Assembly (NCBI RefSeq): GCF_001194135.2
Contig: NC_068981.1
Location: 93,541,654-93,589,250, forward strand
Direction of reading: 5' to 3'
DNA from: Octopus bimaculoides
Lineage: Eukaryota
DNA: 47,597 nt
Shown here: in pieces, positions 13,490-25,683 of the stretch
Layout of the letters: every line of letters starts with the position of its first letter
Numbering within the stretch: the stretch's first letter is position 1
Program-made: the position numbers and the translations under genes
Notes under the pieces: model-generated
Told to the model about the DNA's origin: nothing
What the model saw: only the letters and a program-made list of their open reading frames with translations
Databases searched by the model: none

Positions 13490-14035
13490 ATATAACGAAA
13501 ATAACTATGGCTAGAACCACAACTATGGTTAGCATCACAGAGGAGAAGCCATCGCGAAACCAGGACTACAGCAAGAAACAATTACCCTCTGTGTTTGGTG
13601 AAATATGAAAGGTACCGTCTATCAGAAAGTGTCACACGAAAAAGAGACAGTTAACGCGAACAAGTATTGTAGTCAATTGGGAGGCACGTAACATTGATCA
13701 ATAGTAATTGGGGGTCACTCTTACACAATAATATAAGATTACATATTAACCAAGTCTCTCGGGTAAAGATAATGGCACAAAATATGGAGGTTTTTCCGCC
13801 ATCTTCCTTACTCGCCAGGCCTTACTCCAACTGACAATCGTCTTTTCAGATGATCGCAATATTATTTAGAAGGAAAACAGTTTAATAATTATGAAGAGTT
13901 TAAGCATTGTATTGGGTGCTTCTTTGCTTCGAAAGTTAAAGAATTTTTCGCCCGAATTTTTCGCAACAAGTTGCCAAACTGGTGTGATTATTTTATCAAC
14001 AATGAGGGAAAATATTAACTAGATTAAATATATCA
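13490..14035 (+). mobile_element. mariner transposase relic (second family)
   Basis: Translation TLCVW*NMKGTVY...ETVNANKYCSQL...PHLPYSPGLTPTDNRLFR...GKQFNNYEE...FFASK...FINNEGKY. Confidence 0.8.
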
Positions 14036-14800
14036 ATTGAGATCAGTCTTCTCCACCTTGAGATGCGACAAAACTTTCTGTCCAGTTCCATATGTAAAAA
14101 TCGGTGTGGAAATCGATAAACCGGTGTCTTTTTTATTTATGAACATCAGAGTCATATGAATGTATTCCAACCGCATTTTACAGACGCTTATAGGCACTCT
14201 CAGTATCATAAATGCAGTGAACAAGCGTAGTCTGGTCATCTCCTAGAAGTGAAACTAACATATATATATATATATATATATATAATACAAAGAATATATA
14301 TACATGTATACACACATATATGTACATACTTACATCTACATGTGTATATATATGCATATCAGGGTACAGGACGTTAGAACAATGAACTACAGACAACGGA
14401 ACGAACACATAGGAAAACGGAAAGCCCCTTGGAATATTCCTTCATCAGCTGTCTCTATTCTAACTAGACGTTTCGTATATATATGAATACATCCGTCTTA
14501 TCCTGAATGTGTTGTTTAAAATGCTGTAGACTGCAGTGAAGATCCTGAAAATCATTTCGTGTAGACGACAAATGCTAATATTCTATCGGCGGATGGCAGT
14601 ACTGTATCACAAGATTTCAACGCATTGCAGATCATCGAATGTAGAAGGCCAAGCACAAAAATGCTAGACTGGAAATCAGTCAAAGCTATACAAATTGATT
14701 AGTAAATATAAACAGAATAATACTGTTCCGAACAACCACTGATTCGGGAAAAGCTGGCGGGTTGTGTATCAATTATCTATTAGCTACAGAAGTAACCCCC

Positions 14801-15014
14801 GTAACGAATATTAATTAGCATATCTAACTTAATTTGTGTTGTTTATAACGTTACAGACTGCAGTGGATGTTCCGGTACATAATTTCGTGTACGGAACGAA
14901 TGCTGAAGAACATCGAAACTCTGTCGTCTGACGTTGCCCGCAATCTCCGGCGTTATAAACAACACGTCTAGGTTGTTTACTACTTAATATTGTGTGCTAA
15001 TTAATATTCGTTAC
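14801..15014. repeat. 214-bp fold-back with nested inverted repeats
   Basis: Perfect 20-bp IR GTAACGAATATTAATTAGCA (14801-14820 / 14995-15014) and an inner perfect 15-bp IR GTGTTGTTTATAACG (14836-14850 / 14951-14965). Confidence 0.85.
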
Positions 15015-15684
15015 TAAGGTTGCTTCTGTTGCTAATAGTTAACACACTTAAACACATACACACGTGCGCGTGCGTATAGAGGGCTTGTGTGTGTATGTGT
15101 CTAGAAGGTGTATTAATGTTTGCCATTTTGTAACGTACTCCATGTTTCAGTGGTGTGTTGTAGCATACACTGTGTATATAAGCAACATTTAATATTTGTA
15201 TATAGAATATATATTACTATAAAGCCGAAGACATATCACATATTAAGTATACTTAGAATGTTTTTATAAATATAAACGTCATATGAATGCAACCTAGCTA
15301 TTAATGTTTCCATTTAATAAACTCTTTCACACATACTCTACAACAAAAGTGAATTAGATTGTTTCTAATCTTTTCACGGCAAACGCGTAATTTAGTTATA
15401 GCATTACTGGTGAGCGTTTCTTTTTGTTAAATTAAAACCAATATTTAAATTAACTCAAGGATTTGTAATTTAAGAAGCACTTTATATGTAACTATGAACT
15501 TTTTTTTCTCGATAATGCACCGACGAAGTTAATAATTCTGACAAGAATTAATAACCTGCAGCTGCATTTAGTTAGCTACCTCGGCAGAACTTGAAAACTG
15601 TTTTAAATAAGCGATTAAAAAAGCTCTTTGCTATAGTGGTTGCATTTTGCTTTGCATACTATATTACGTAATCGGTATTATATT

Positions 15685-15887
15685 GGCTCCACATTTTGGC
15701 ACAAGACCAGTAAATTTGCTGGAGGGGGTAAGTCGATTACATCGACCCCAGTGTTCAGCTGGTACTTATTTTATCGACTCCGAAAGGATGAAAAGGAAAG
15801 TCGACCTCGGCGGAATTTGAACTCATAACGTAAATACTGCTAAGCATTTAGCCCGGTGTGTTGACGCTTCTGCCAGCTCACCGCTTT
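15685..15887 (-). mobile_element. SINE family A with 17-bp TSD
   Basis: Full-length copy flanked by GTAATCGGTATTATATT at 15668-15684 and 15888-15904. Confidence 0.9.
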
Positions 15888-15949
15888 GTAATCGGTATTA
15901 TATTAATAATGTTTCTTGTTGGAACTTTCCACTATTTAGAAGAACTGCA

Positions 15950-16325
15950 TCAGGGGAGCTAATGAGAGCCAAAGGAGGAAATATACTAAGCTCGTGGAAT
16001 TATGCCACGTGGCAAGTGAGATTTGATCCCATTGAGGTGGATGTAGTTAGTTTGAAAGTCAGACGCTTTATAGAACCTACAGTATGCTGGGCATCACAGA
16101 GGCCAGTAGACAAAAGGCCATCAGGTTGGCTGTGGAGGCAATAGGTGTCGCCTCAGGGTGGCTGTAGATCAAGAGTCGTGAGCCCTGGGGGAGGCAGTGC
16201 TACTGGACACAATTTGGAGATTGATCAATCCCGGCTGGATCACCTGGATGAGGGTGCCTTATGTTGAATGACCCGAAGCAGGTAATGGACCTCAGGAAAC
16301 CACTCTGATGATGTGTTCACATGCA
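15950..16325 (+). mobile_element. HERO-like (RLE) non-LTR retrotransposon 3' end
   Basis: Frameshifted translation ANESQRRKYTKLVE / WQVRFDPIEV / GCS*FESQTLYRTYSMLGITEASRQKAIRLAVEAIGVASGWL*IKSREPW fits the RLE C-terminus PIEVGCRGF...ASRWLWIKR..W; a 3' UTR follows. Confidence 0.7.
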
Positions 16326-16607
16326 TAACAGGAGGATGTTGAGAAAACCGGGCGTAAAATATATCATACAAATGATTGCTCTGAATTATTTCTTATCTAT
16401 AAATTTCTTTTTCCTGACGCTAACCATCGTAACATCTTGTATATCTTGTTAATTGCTGCGTTTTCACAACGTCGACAAATACTTATTTCTAAATATCGGT
16501 ACAGTAATTAGAGATCAGTGGTAATATAGTGAATTAAATTATTTGATAAGGAGTTAAAAAATATAAATTTAATTACTCGGGTAACATTTTTGTATTGCGT
16601 CCATTAG

Positions 16608-16650
16608 GTTGAAGAAACTTCTTGATGAATACAACTCTTATCTGCTATTT
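16608..16650 (+). CDS. candidate 43-nt internal exon
   Basis: Acceptor ttttgtattgcgtccattag|, donor ttt|gtaagt; only one frame is open (LKKLLDEYNSYLLF). Confidence 0.2.
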
Positions 16651-17040
16651 GTAAGTATTCTTCTCATTTCATTTATATTCAAATCTGGTAAGGTAAGCTG
16701 CACTGAGACTAGCACTGAAACTTTAGAGCAGTCATCATTGGGCTGACACGACAAGAAAACCCAGTATGAGGTTCTCTTGATGAGAAACTCAATTCAGGTA
16801 TCACACTTAAATTTTCCACGCTCACTGCCAAATATAGGTGTTCAGGACATCGAAATGTCATTAGTATGAATGTAGGTTAGTGGTTGAGATACTTTAGCTA
16901 CTAAAGTATTGTATTTATGTATATACCTTCACGTTAATATATTCCACTGTCAATATCGATACATATAAGTACATATTTACAGACAGAGATATATCTATGT
17001 GTGTGTTTGTTTGTGATTGTGTATGTGTATGTATATATAC

Positions 17041-17099
<59 letters not shown>

Positions 17100-18145
17100 C
17101 ACGTATATACGAGTACGAGTGTTTATTTAATTATATCAATGTGTGGGAATATATAAACATGCTGCATTAATGTGGGTGTTTGAGTGTACATACTTGAATG
17201 TAAATGTATGTATATGGGTATATATGAGTGTTTATGCTGCATATGCGTATATATATTTTTTGATGCATCATAACGCTTTGTATTCCATTTTGTTTTGTTT
17301 TTCCGAAATATATTTGATTCATGCAATTACTGCATTTACTTTTTGTAGCTCCAGAATATTTGTTCTTTTCATGTCTGCTTTATACATTTTTATATATGTT
17401 TATATATTGTTTTCATATATTTTTCATTTATTAATCAGTTTGTTGTCCATACTTCCGCAAAGTTTCGTTAATAATTTCTTTACTTCATTCTCTTTAATCT
17501 TGCTCTTGTTCTTCTCCTCCGTGTATTTCTTCTTTGCTTATTCTTCTTTCCTTTCTCTCGCTTATCAGTTATTCATCCGTATTCCACCTCTTTTCTTCTT
17601 TCCACCCTTTTCTCCTTATACTATAACGAAGTTAAAAACATTTATCCATCAATATACGCTCCTGAAACAGCATTAGATTAAAATAGCAAAAATATAACAT
17701 TTAAAATGCATATGAAACGCTAAAGAATGCTTGAAGTTAATATTTTACCACTCCTTCTTTTATAACAACTGTATAGAGCACATGCCAATAGTTAACAGGC
17801 TGATCCTCCACAGCTACCCCGCTTCTCACCCTATTCTCTTCCTTACCCGTTTTTACACCTATCACATTAGACCTGCCTATACTTCTCTCTATATTTCCAA
17901 TTTATAGAACTGATATGTTGAGCGTACGGCTCTAACTCGTTAGAGCTGTACACTCAACGCACTGTAACACGAAAATCTGATAGTATATGTTTAGCTACCT
18001 TCGGTAAGACTCAGTTTTAAAATGTGTTCAATTATATTAAAAAATTTCTGAAAGTCTTGAATTGAAACAGCTGTCAGAGATGATGTCCTATTTAATAATT
18101 AATAAATAATTATTAATTTAATTATATCTCTATTTTCTCATTTTC

Positions 18146-18229
18146 TTATATATATATATATATAGACAGAGAGAGAGAGAGGGAGGGAGAGAGAGAGAGA
18201 GAGAGAGAAAGAGAGCGGAGGAAGAGGAG

Positions 18230-18280
<51 letters not shown>
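18146..18280. repeat. (TA)(GA)(GATA) microsatellite
   Basis: Directly visible. Confidence 0.95.
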
Positions 18281-18284
<4 letters not shown>

Positions 18285-18378
18285 ATTAAGTACCAGTTAC
18301 GCACTGGAGTTGATTTAATTGACTTGTCCTTGTTTGTCCCTTCTATGGTTAGCCCCTTGTGGGCAATAAAGAAATAAG
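18281..18378 (+). mobile_element. SINE family A 3' half with alternative tail
   Basis: GATAAATTAAGTACCAGTTACGCACTGGAG...AGCCCCTTGTGGGCAATAAAGAAAT; the same tail occurs inverted at 307-335. Confidence 0.75.
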
Positions 18379-18459
18379 ACATATATATTCCCATGTCTGA
18401 GGATTAGCTTCACACTTTGAAACTTAAAGTGCTAAGGGAATTTGAACCAAACTATTTTG

Positions 18460-18505
<46 letters not shown>

Positions 18506-19589
18506 TATCTACCAAACGCAGTTTGCCTGATTGTTCTCGTGTACAGAGCTATCAAAATCTGTTCTTGTTGATACTTCTGTTTTGCTTTCATGCATACATA
18601 CAATATCGATGCAATATTGGACTTACTTTCATAATATGCTCGTAATATCAACCAAACATCGATTATCCGAAATAGCTCTGAAGATTAGAATTGAATACGT
18701 CATATAAAGTGTCTATACAATTTTTCATATGAATACATTCCTTACTTGCTATTGTTCTTCTGTCTTTTTACTTTCACAGTCGCGCGATGATGTATCCGAC
18801 TTTCTACCTCTATATTACCAAACTTTGATGAAGAGGACAGTTTGAGATTTGGATGTTTTAGCAGTACTTGGTATCTATCAATATTCTGTTTACCTTTTAC
18901 ATGAGATGTTACAAGTTTTAAATACACACACACANNNNNNNNNNNNNNNNNNNNNNNNNNNNNNNNNNNNNNNNNNNNNNNNNNNNNNNNNNNNNNNNNN
19001 NNNNNNNNNNNNNNNNNNNNNNNNNNNNNNNNNNNNNNNNNNNNNNNNNNNNNNNNNNNNNNNNNNNNNNNNNNNNNNNNNNNNNNNNNNNNNNNNNNNN
19101 NNNNNNNNNNNNNNNNNNNNNNNNNNNNNNNNNNNNNNNNNNNNNNNNNNNNNNNNNNNNNNNNNNNNNNNNNNNNNNNNNNNNNNNNNNNNNNNNNNNN
19201 NNNNNNNNNNNNNNNNNNNNNNNNNNNNNNNNNNNNNNNNNNNNNNNNNNNNNNNNNNNNNNNNNNNNNNNNNNNNNNNNNNNNNNNNNNNNNNNNNNNN
19301 NNNNNNNNNNNNNNNNNNNNNNNNNNNNNNNNNNNNNNNNNNNNNNNNNNNNNNNNNNNNNNNNNNNNNNNNNNNNNNNNNNNNNNNNNNNNNNNNNNNN
19401 NNNNNNNNNNNNNNNNNNNNNNNNNNNNNNNNNNNNNNNNNNNNNNNNNNNNNNNNNNNNNNNNNNNNNNNNNNNNNNNNNNNNNNNNNNNNNNNNNNNN
19501 NNNNNNNNNNNNNNNNNNNNNNNNNNNNNNNNNNNNNNNNNNNNNNNNNNNNNNNNNNNNNNNNNNNNNNNNNNNNNNNNNNNNNNNNN

Positions 19590-19790
19590 TAGCTTACTGA
19601 ATGGGTTAACATTATTCTTATTATTCTTCTTATTATTATTATTGTTAGTTTTATAACTACCCTTATTGCTATTATTCACATTATCAATTTTATTAATATT
19701 ATTATTATTAACATCTTCAGTAGAGGAAGCAGAATCTGGTTTAATATAGTATACCTTATCATTATATCCTGCTTCCAGCAAAGCGGTTTT
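19590..19790 (-). mobile_element. possible Penelope-like fragment (Asn-rich linker)
   Basis: YKTALLEAGYNDKVYYIKP...NNNN...KKNNKNNVNPFSK resembles the PLE linker AL..SGY....Y....NNN..WFNPPFS (recalled pattern). Confidence 0.3.
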
Positions 19791-21097
19791 ATAACTCCAT
19801 CCAACTCGATCCGAAGCAAGGGTTTCTATATCTTGGAACCATTCCCAGTGACTTGAACCTTTTTTTTAGGTTTACACCGATAGCGTTTCACCTCTGCAAG
19901 CTCACCATAAAACAGCTGCTTCGGCATGCGTTCATCTGCCTTTCAAACAATATGGCCATACCATCCTAATTGGTTCCTGAAAATCATAGCTTTAATTGAG
20001 GTGATGCCTGCAGATGCAAGGACATCTGTGCTAGGAGTAAAAGAACTCCAATTTAATTTTTTAAATGCGATGAAGGCAGTTTTGGTGGTATTTTTCTAAC
20101 AATTTAAAATGCCTTTTATAACAAGTCCCAAGCTTCACAAGAATACAACAGAGATGATAAGACAAATGATTTGTAAACAGCCAGCTTCTATTATTGTTTA
20201 TATATCGCTGGCACCAAACAAGTGCCTCCAAGCCACCAGCTGCTTAATTTTGCTGCCATTTGAATTCGCAGCTGCATTTCTGTATCACGATTTCCATCAT
20301 TTTGAACAGAGCTTCTAAAGTAAACGAACGAATCGACAACCTCAAGTAACTTTGCCTTAACAAATATTTTAGTGTGGTTACAAACAGAACCACACGCAGG
20401 TTGATGCATTACGACTGTTTTTTTTTTGTTTTTTTGGGTTTTTTTCAAGTTGATGGTCAAGCCCAAATCATCACAAGCCGAGTAAAATGCAGATACAAGA
20501 GATTGCAAACCTGTTTCAGAATGACTGACAAGATCGCAATCGTCAGCGCACAAAAGTTCCCTATTGAGTGAAGTAAAAACCTTCGTTTTGAATTTCAGTC
20601 TGGTCAGATTAAAAACATTCGTTGTTCGATATTTTATGTAAATTCCCTCCTCGGAGTTTTGAAAAGCATATTACAATACAAGAGCAAAATATATTGCAAA
20701 GAGGGTGGGTGAATCAAGGTCTCCTTGCTTTACTCCATTCTCCACAGCAAAAGATTCAGAGAGCCTACCACCAAAATTAACTTTAGCTGTCATATCTTGA
20801 TGCAAAGCCCTGATCATGTTTACAAATTTTTCTGGGCAACCTATTTTCCTTAGAATTAGCTACAGAGCATTTCGATTAAAAGTATCTAATGCTTTGCTCA
20901 AATCAACAAAGCAATGGTATAGAGCAAGATTCTATTCAATGCACTTTTGTTGTAATTGCCTGACAGTAAAGATACAACCAGCCGCGCCTCTAGAAGAATG
21001 AAAACCAAACTGAGACTCAGACACTATATTTGGAACTATAAAGATATTTAAACGTTCTAACTACAGAAAAATAATGGAACGCAATACACACCGAATT

Positions 21098-21129
<32 letters not shown>

Positions 21130-21440
21130 CATGCATGCATGCATGCATACATACATACATACATACATACATACATGCATGCATGCATGCATGCATACAT
21201 ACATACATACATACATACATACATACATACATACATACATACATACGCATAGATCCCCTCTTCCAATTGATCAATGATCCAGGGTAGACAACCTGTCCTA
21301 GGTAAGGTTTTTTTTCCATTGATAGCCGTTTGACCAATTGACCATAGCGTTTCTCCACCTCCGCGATGTGAAGAGTTAAAATTGACTTCATTTAGAGTCT
21401 GATGATCTCTCTACAAGGCTACGGCTTTCCTGAATGCGAA
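19790..21440 (-). mobile_element. RTE-clade LINE relic (RT and C-terminus), split by a (TACA)n tract
   Basis: Minus-strand motifs FVDLSKALDT, CADDCDLVSHSE...LGLTINLKKT, QLGWYGHIV..DERMPKQLFYGEL and ETLASDRVGW. Confidence 0.85.
21103..21246. repeat. (TACA)n/(TGCA)n microsatellite
   Basis: Directly visible. Confidence 0.95.
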
Positions 21441-22329
21441 ACCATTGGTCACTCTATNNNNNNNNNNNNNNNNNNNNNNNNNNNNNNNNNNNNNNNNNNN
21501 NNNNNNNNNNNNNNNNNNNNNNNNNNNNNNNNNNNNNNNNNNNNNNNNNNNNNNNNNNNNNNNNNNNNNNNNNNNNNNNNNNNNNNNNNNNNNNNNNNNN
21601 NNNNNNNNNNNNNNNNNNNNNNNNNNNNNNNNNNNNNNNNNNNNNNNNNNNNNNNNNNNNNNNNNNNNNNNNNNNNNNNNNNNNNNNNNNNNNNNNNNNN
21701 NNNNNNNNNNNNNNNNNNNNNNNNNNNNNNNNNNNNNNNNNNNNNNNNNNNNNNNNNNNNNNNNNNNNNNNNNNNNNNNNNNNNNNNNNNNNNNNNNNNN
21801 NNNNNNNNNNNNNNNNNNNNNNNNNNNNNNNNNNNNNNNNNNNNNNNNNNNNNNNNNNNNNNNNNNNNNNNNNNNNNNNNNNNNNNNNNNNNNNNNNNNN
21901 NNNNNNNNNNNNNNNNNNNNNNNNNNNNNNNNNNNNNNNNNNNNNNNNNNNNNNNNNNNNNNNNNNNNNNNNNNNNNNNNNNNNNNNNNNNNNNNNNNNN
22001 NNNNNNNNNNNNNNNNNNNNNNNNNNNNNNNNNNNNNNNNNNNNNNNNNNNNNNNNNNNNNNNNNNNNNNNNNNNNNNNNNNNNNNTGTGTGTGTGTGTG
22101 TGTGTGTGTATACAGATATATATATCATATATATATACAATGTATATGTTTGCGTATGTATGAATGCATGCATGCATGTATATATGTACGTGTGTATGTA
22201 TGTATGCATGTATGTATTTATGTATGTATGTATGTATAGATGCATTAGATTGAAAAGAAAAATCTTGTCGCATTTCAAGATGGAAAAGTACCAAATACTT
22301 CACTGGTCTTGGTTGATATATTGATATAT

Positions 22330-22880
22330 TTAACGATGATAATATTTCCCCTCATTTTTGAGAACATTAAGCCATGTCAATAACCTCTTGGCAATTAACA
22401 AAGTGTTACCACTCCAAATAATTTCCGCAATGGTCTGAAAGGATGATAGTCAGATGGAGCAAGGTCAGAAGAGTAAGAATTAACAAGTTCACTCTTCAAT
22501 GACGAGATTAAATAAACTCTTGAAGCTGAGACGCTGTCAATGATAAGGAGATACACTGTCCAAGTTTAAACACTTCGTTGTATATGAAAATGCTTTATGA
22601 TCGAAGTGCGACTCGACTTGAACTGTTCTGCTAATTCTCCTGCAGTTTGCTTTGAATTTCTTCATCTACAGATTTCAGAAGTTCATTGTTGACAGCACCT
22701 GTTCGCCGTTATCGAAGGAAACTGCAAGAGAAAATTTAAACTATGACTGGCATATCCCGACATTTTATGCTTCATTTCCATAAAGAACGAATGATTCTGG
22801 CAATTTCTAGAGTGCCGAAGAGCTCGTTTAGAATATATACAGTATGTGGTATCTGATATCAGCCTGATCCAAATTCATAT
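22330..22880 (-). mobile_element. internally deleted mariner relic
   Basis: N-terminal HTH-like segments (HILYIF...EIARII; VNNELLKSVDE; ELAEQFKSSRTSIIKH) joined to C-terminal SYSSDLAPSDYHPFRP. Confidence 0.65.
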
Positions 22881-23354
22881 CAAAGGGTTAAATCGAGACG
22901 AATTTAACCACTATTGTATAACATAACCTGAAAGAGAGAAAAAAACCCATTAAGATATAAAATTTTATGTCTATGCTAACCTAAGTATTTTTGAAACAGT
23001 ATTCTTTATGTGAACATACCAAAAATGCGACAGGACCATCTTCACAACATAATATCTATTTATCTACANNNNNNNNNNNNNNNNNNNNNNNNNNNNNNNN
23101 NNNNNNNNNNNNNNNNNNNNNNNNNNNNNNNNNNNNNNNNNNNNNNNNNNNNNNNNNNNNNNNNNNNNNNNNNNNNNNNNNNNNNNNNNNNNNNNNNNNN
23201 NNNNTAGCAAACGTTACCAATATAGCATAAGAACTTACCTTAGGAGATCATTAACTAGATTCCTTAAGGGTTTTGTCCGAAGGGTAACCACTCCTGAAGA
23301 AGTGCCAAATGTCTAAATCCAATGGACCAGTCACTGGATAAGTTTGGCACAGAA

Positions 23355-23468
23355 ATGTATGTATGTATGTATGTATGTAAGTATGTATGTATGTATGCTT
23401 GTATGTATGTATGTATGTATGTATGTATGCATGTATGTATGTATGTATGTATGTATGTATGTATGCAT
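23355..23468. repeat. (TATG)n microsatellite
   Basis: Directly visible. Confidence 0.95.
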
Positions 23469-23616
23469 ATATAGGTACAGGTCGTTACCAACAGTAAACA
23501 TCGGGAAATGCGAAAACAAATGAGTTAAATATGCAGACAACAAGAGAAAAAATGGGAAACAGGTCGAATAATACAAAGAATACAAAGGACGACCCTTCAT
23601 CAGTTGTGGGTTGAAC

Positions 23617-24048
23617 CTTCGAGGACAGTTCTTCCCATAAATACCAACGTAAAATCTGGTATTTTATGGAGGGTCAAAGTTAGGAACAAAAAACAGGACA
23701 GTGGAGACATACAAGGAAACCGAACGTAGAGGGTCATTAGACCGGAACAAGGGGAAAATAGTGAACGCTGAGAGTAATATTTTCTTTGAAAAGAGAAAAG
23801 ATAGCAGAGAGAGATAGGAGACATCCAGTCCTTAGGACGTCCGTGCAGGAAAAGAAAGATGGCCACATGAGGAAAAGAAAGATGGATGATGGTCACAAGT
23901 TTTCTCTCGTTCTCGTCTAATGACCCTCCATGTTTGTTTTCTTTCGGTTTCCTTGTATGTCTCCACTCTCCTGTTTTTGTCACCAAATCTGACCCTCCAT
24001 AAACCAAAAATTTTATTTTGGTATTTATGGGAGAAACTGTCTCCGAAG
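23617..24048. mobile_element. MITE-like element with ~130-bp terminal inverted repeats
   Basis: 23617-23742 aligns to the reverse complement of 23915-24048 (shared blocks CCCATAAATACCAA, TTTATGGAGGGTCA, GTGGAGACATACAAGGAAACCGAA, GAGGGTCATTAGAC); 172-bp spacer; no clear TSD. Confidence 0.8.
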
Positions 24049-24529
24049 ACTCATATTGTTGTTGATTGCTCGAAATGGTGAGTAGATAGACAATCGACAA
24101 CTGATGAATATATATATTTTACACACTGAAGCGAAGACATGTTACGGTACNNNNNNNNNNNNNNNNNNNNNNNNNNNNNNNNNNNNNNNNNNNNNNNNNN
24201 NNNNNNNNNNNNNNNNNNNNNNNNNNNNNNNNNNNNNNNNNNNNNNNNNNNNNNNNNNNNNNNNNNNNNNNNNNNNNNNNNNNNNNNNNNNNNNNNNNNN
24301 NNNNNNNNNNNNNNNNNNNNNNNNNNNNNNNNNNNNNNNNNNNNNNNNNNNNNNNNNNNNNNNNNNNNNNNNNNNNNNNNNNNNNNNNNNNNNNNNNNNN
24401 NNNNNNNNNNNNNNNNNNNNNNNNNNNNNNNNNNNNNNNNNNNNNNNNNNNNNNNNNNNNNNNNNNNNNNNNNNNNNNNNNNNNNNNNNNNNNNNNNNNN
24501 NNNNNNNNNNNNNNNNNATATATATATAT

Positions 24530-24600
24530 ATACTTTTACTGGTTTTAGTCATTAGACTGCAGCCATGCTGGGATGCGACCTTGAAGAGTTGCTAGGTGAA
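24530..24600 (-). mobile_element. SINE family B 3' tail fragment
   Basis: GACTGCAGCCATGCTGG is the reverse complement of the family tail CCAGCATGGCCGCAGTC. Confidence 0.55.
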
Positions 24601-25683
24601 AGATTCGTCTCTGAATTTCTTTTCTTTTTTTAAATCTGGTACATACTGTATCGATGCTGACGCGACATGCATATGTGAATGTATTCTATAAATATGTGTG
24701 CATGAATTATAAATTTAGATCTAGGTAAAAACATCTATAGTATATTTTAATATGCAAGATATGAGTTTTATATACGTCATTTAGTTTGCATTATATTATA
24801 TTATATTACATTACATTATATCATATTACTATATATTATATCACAGTTGTATATTCTTTGGTCTAATGTTCTGGAATTTATCGACTTGCTGGAGTAAATT
24901 ATCCAAGAAAAGATTCTGCTTTTTGCGAAATATTTATTACTCTAAGAGGTCTTATATGTTTTCTTTTAGTAATAAATATGAAATTTGATGAGAAATTTGC
25001 TTTCAGAATTTCTTTACCAAAACATGATTGTGTTCCAGATTTTATTCATAATAAGGGTATGTTGTGAAAATTTTTCTAAAGAAAAATTATATATCTGTCC
25101 TCTTTGGCGTCGTCTATGATTGTAGTACATGGGTATTTGAAACCAAAATTTATATCCGGGTGAAAAATGTATAACCATACACATGGACACAAAGATATTC
25201 ATATATANNNNNNNNNNNNNNNNNNNNNNNNNNNNNNNNNNNNNNNNNNATATATATATATATATGCATGTTCTTTCTCTTTGTCTTTTGCTATGTGGAT
25301 GTGTGTGTGTCTCTGTGTCTTTGTGCATGTCTCTGTGTAAATGTCTGTGCATGTGTTTACAATGAAGTGTTTAATGATATATATAAAAAAAAACATTATC
25401 AGAATGATATAAATATTGCTTCATTTTTTATTTTTTGTTGTTTTGGTTTACTCTTGATAATATCGAAATAATTCATGATCACGAAGAATGTTTTAAGACT
25501 GTCAGTTAATTTAATAATATATTTAAATATTTCATAATTCGCGATGCAAATATAAACATGAAATCAATATGCCTTTAACATTATACATAAAAGCAAGCAA
25601 ATAAAATTTATGTAGTTCTGTTCCTGTTATGTGTGCAGTATTCTGTGTGGGATTGTAGGACTACAGACAGAAAGCAGACAGAG

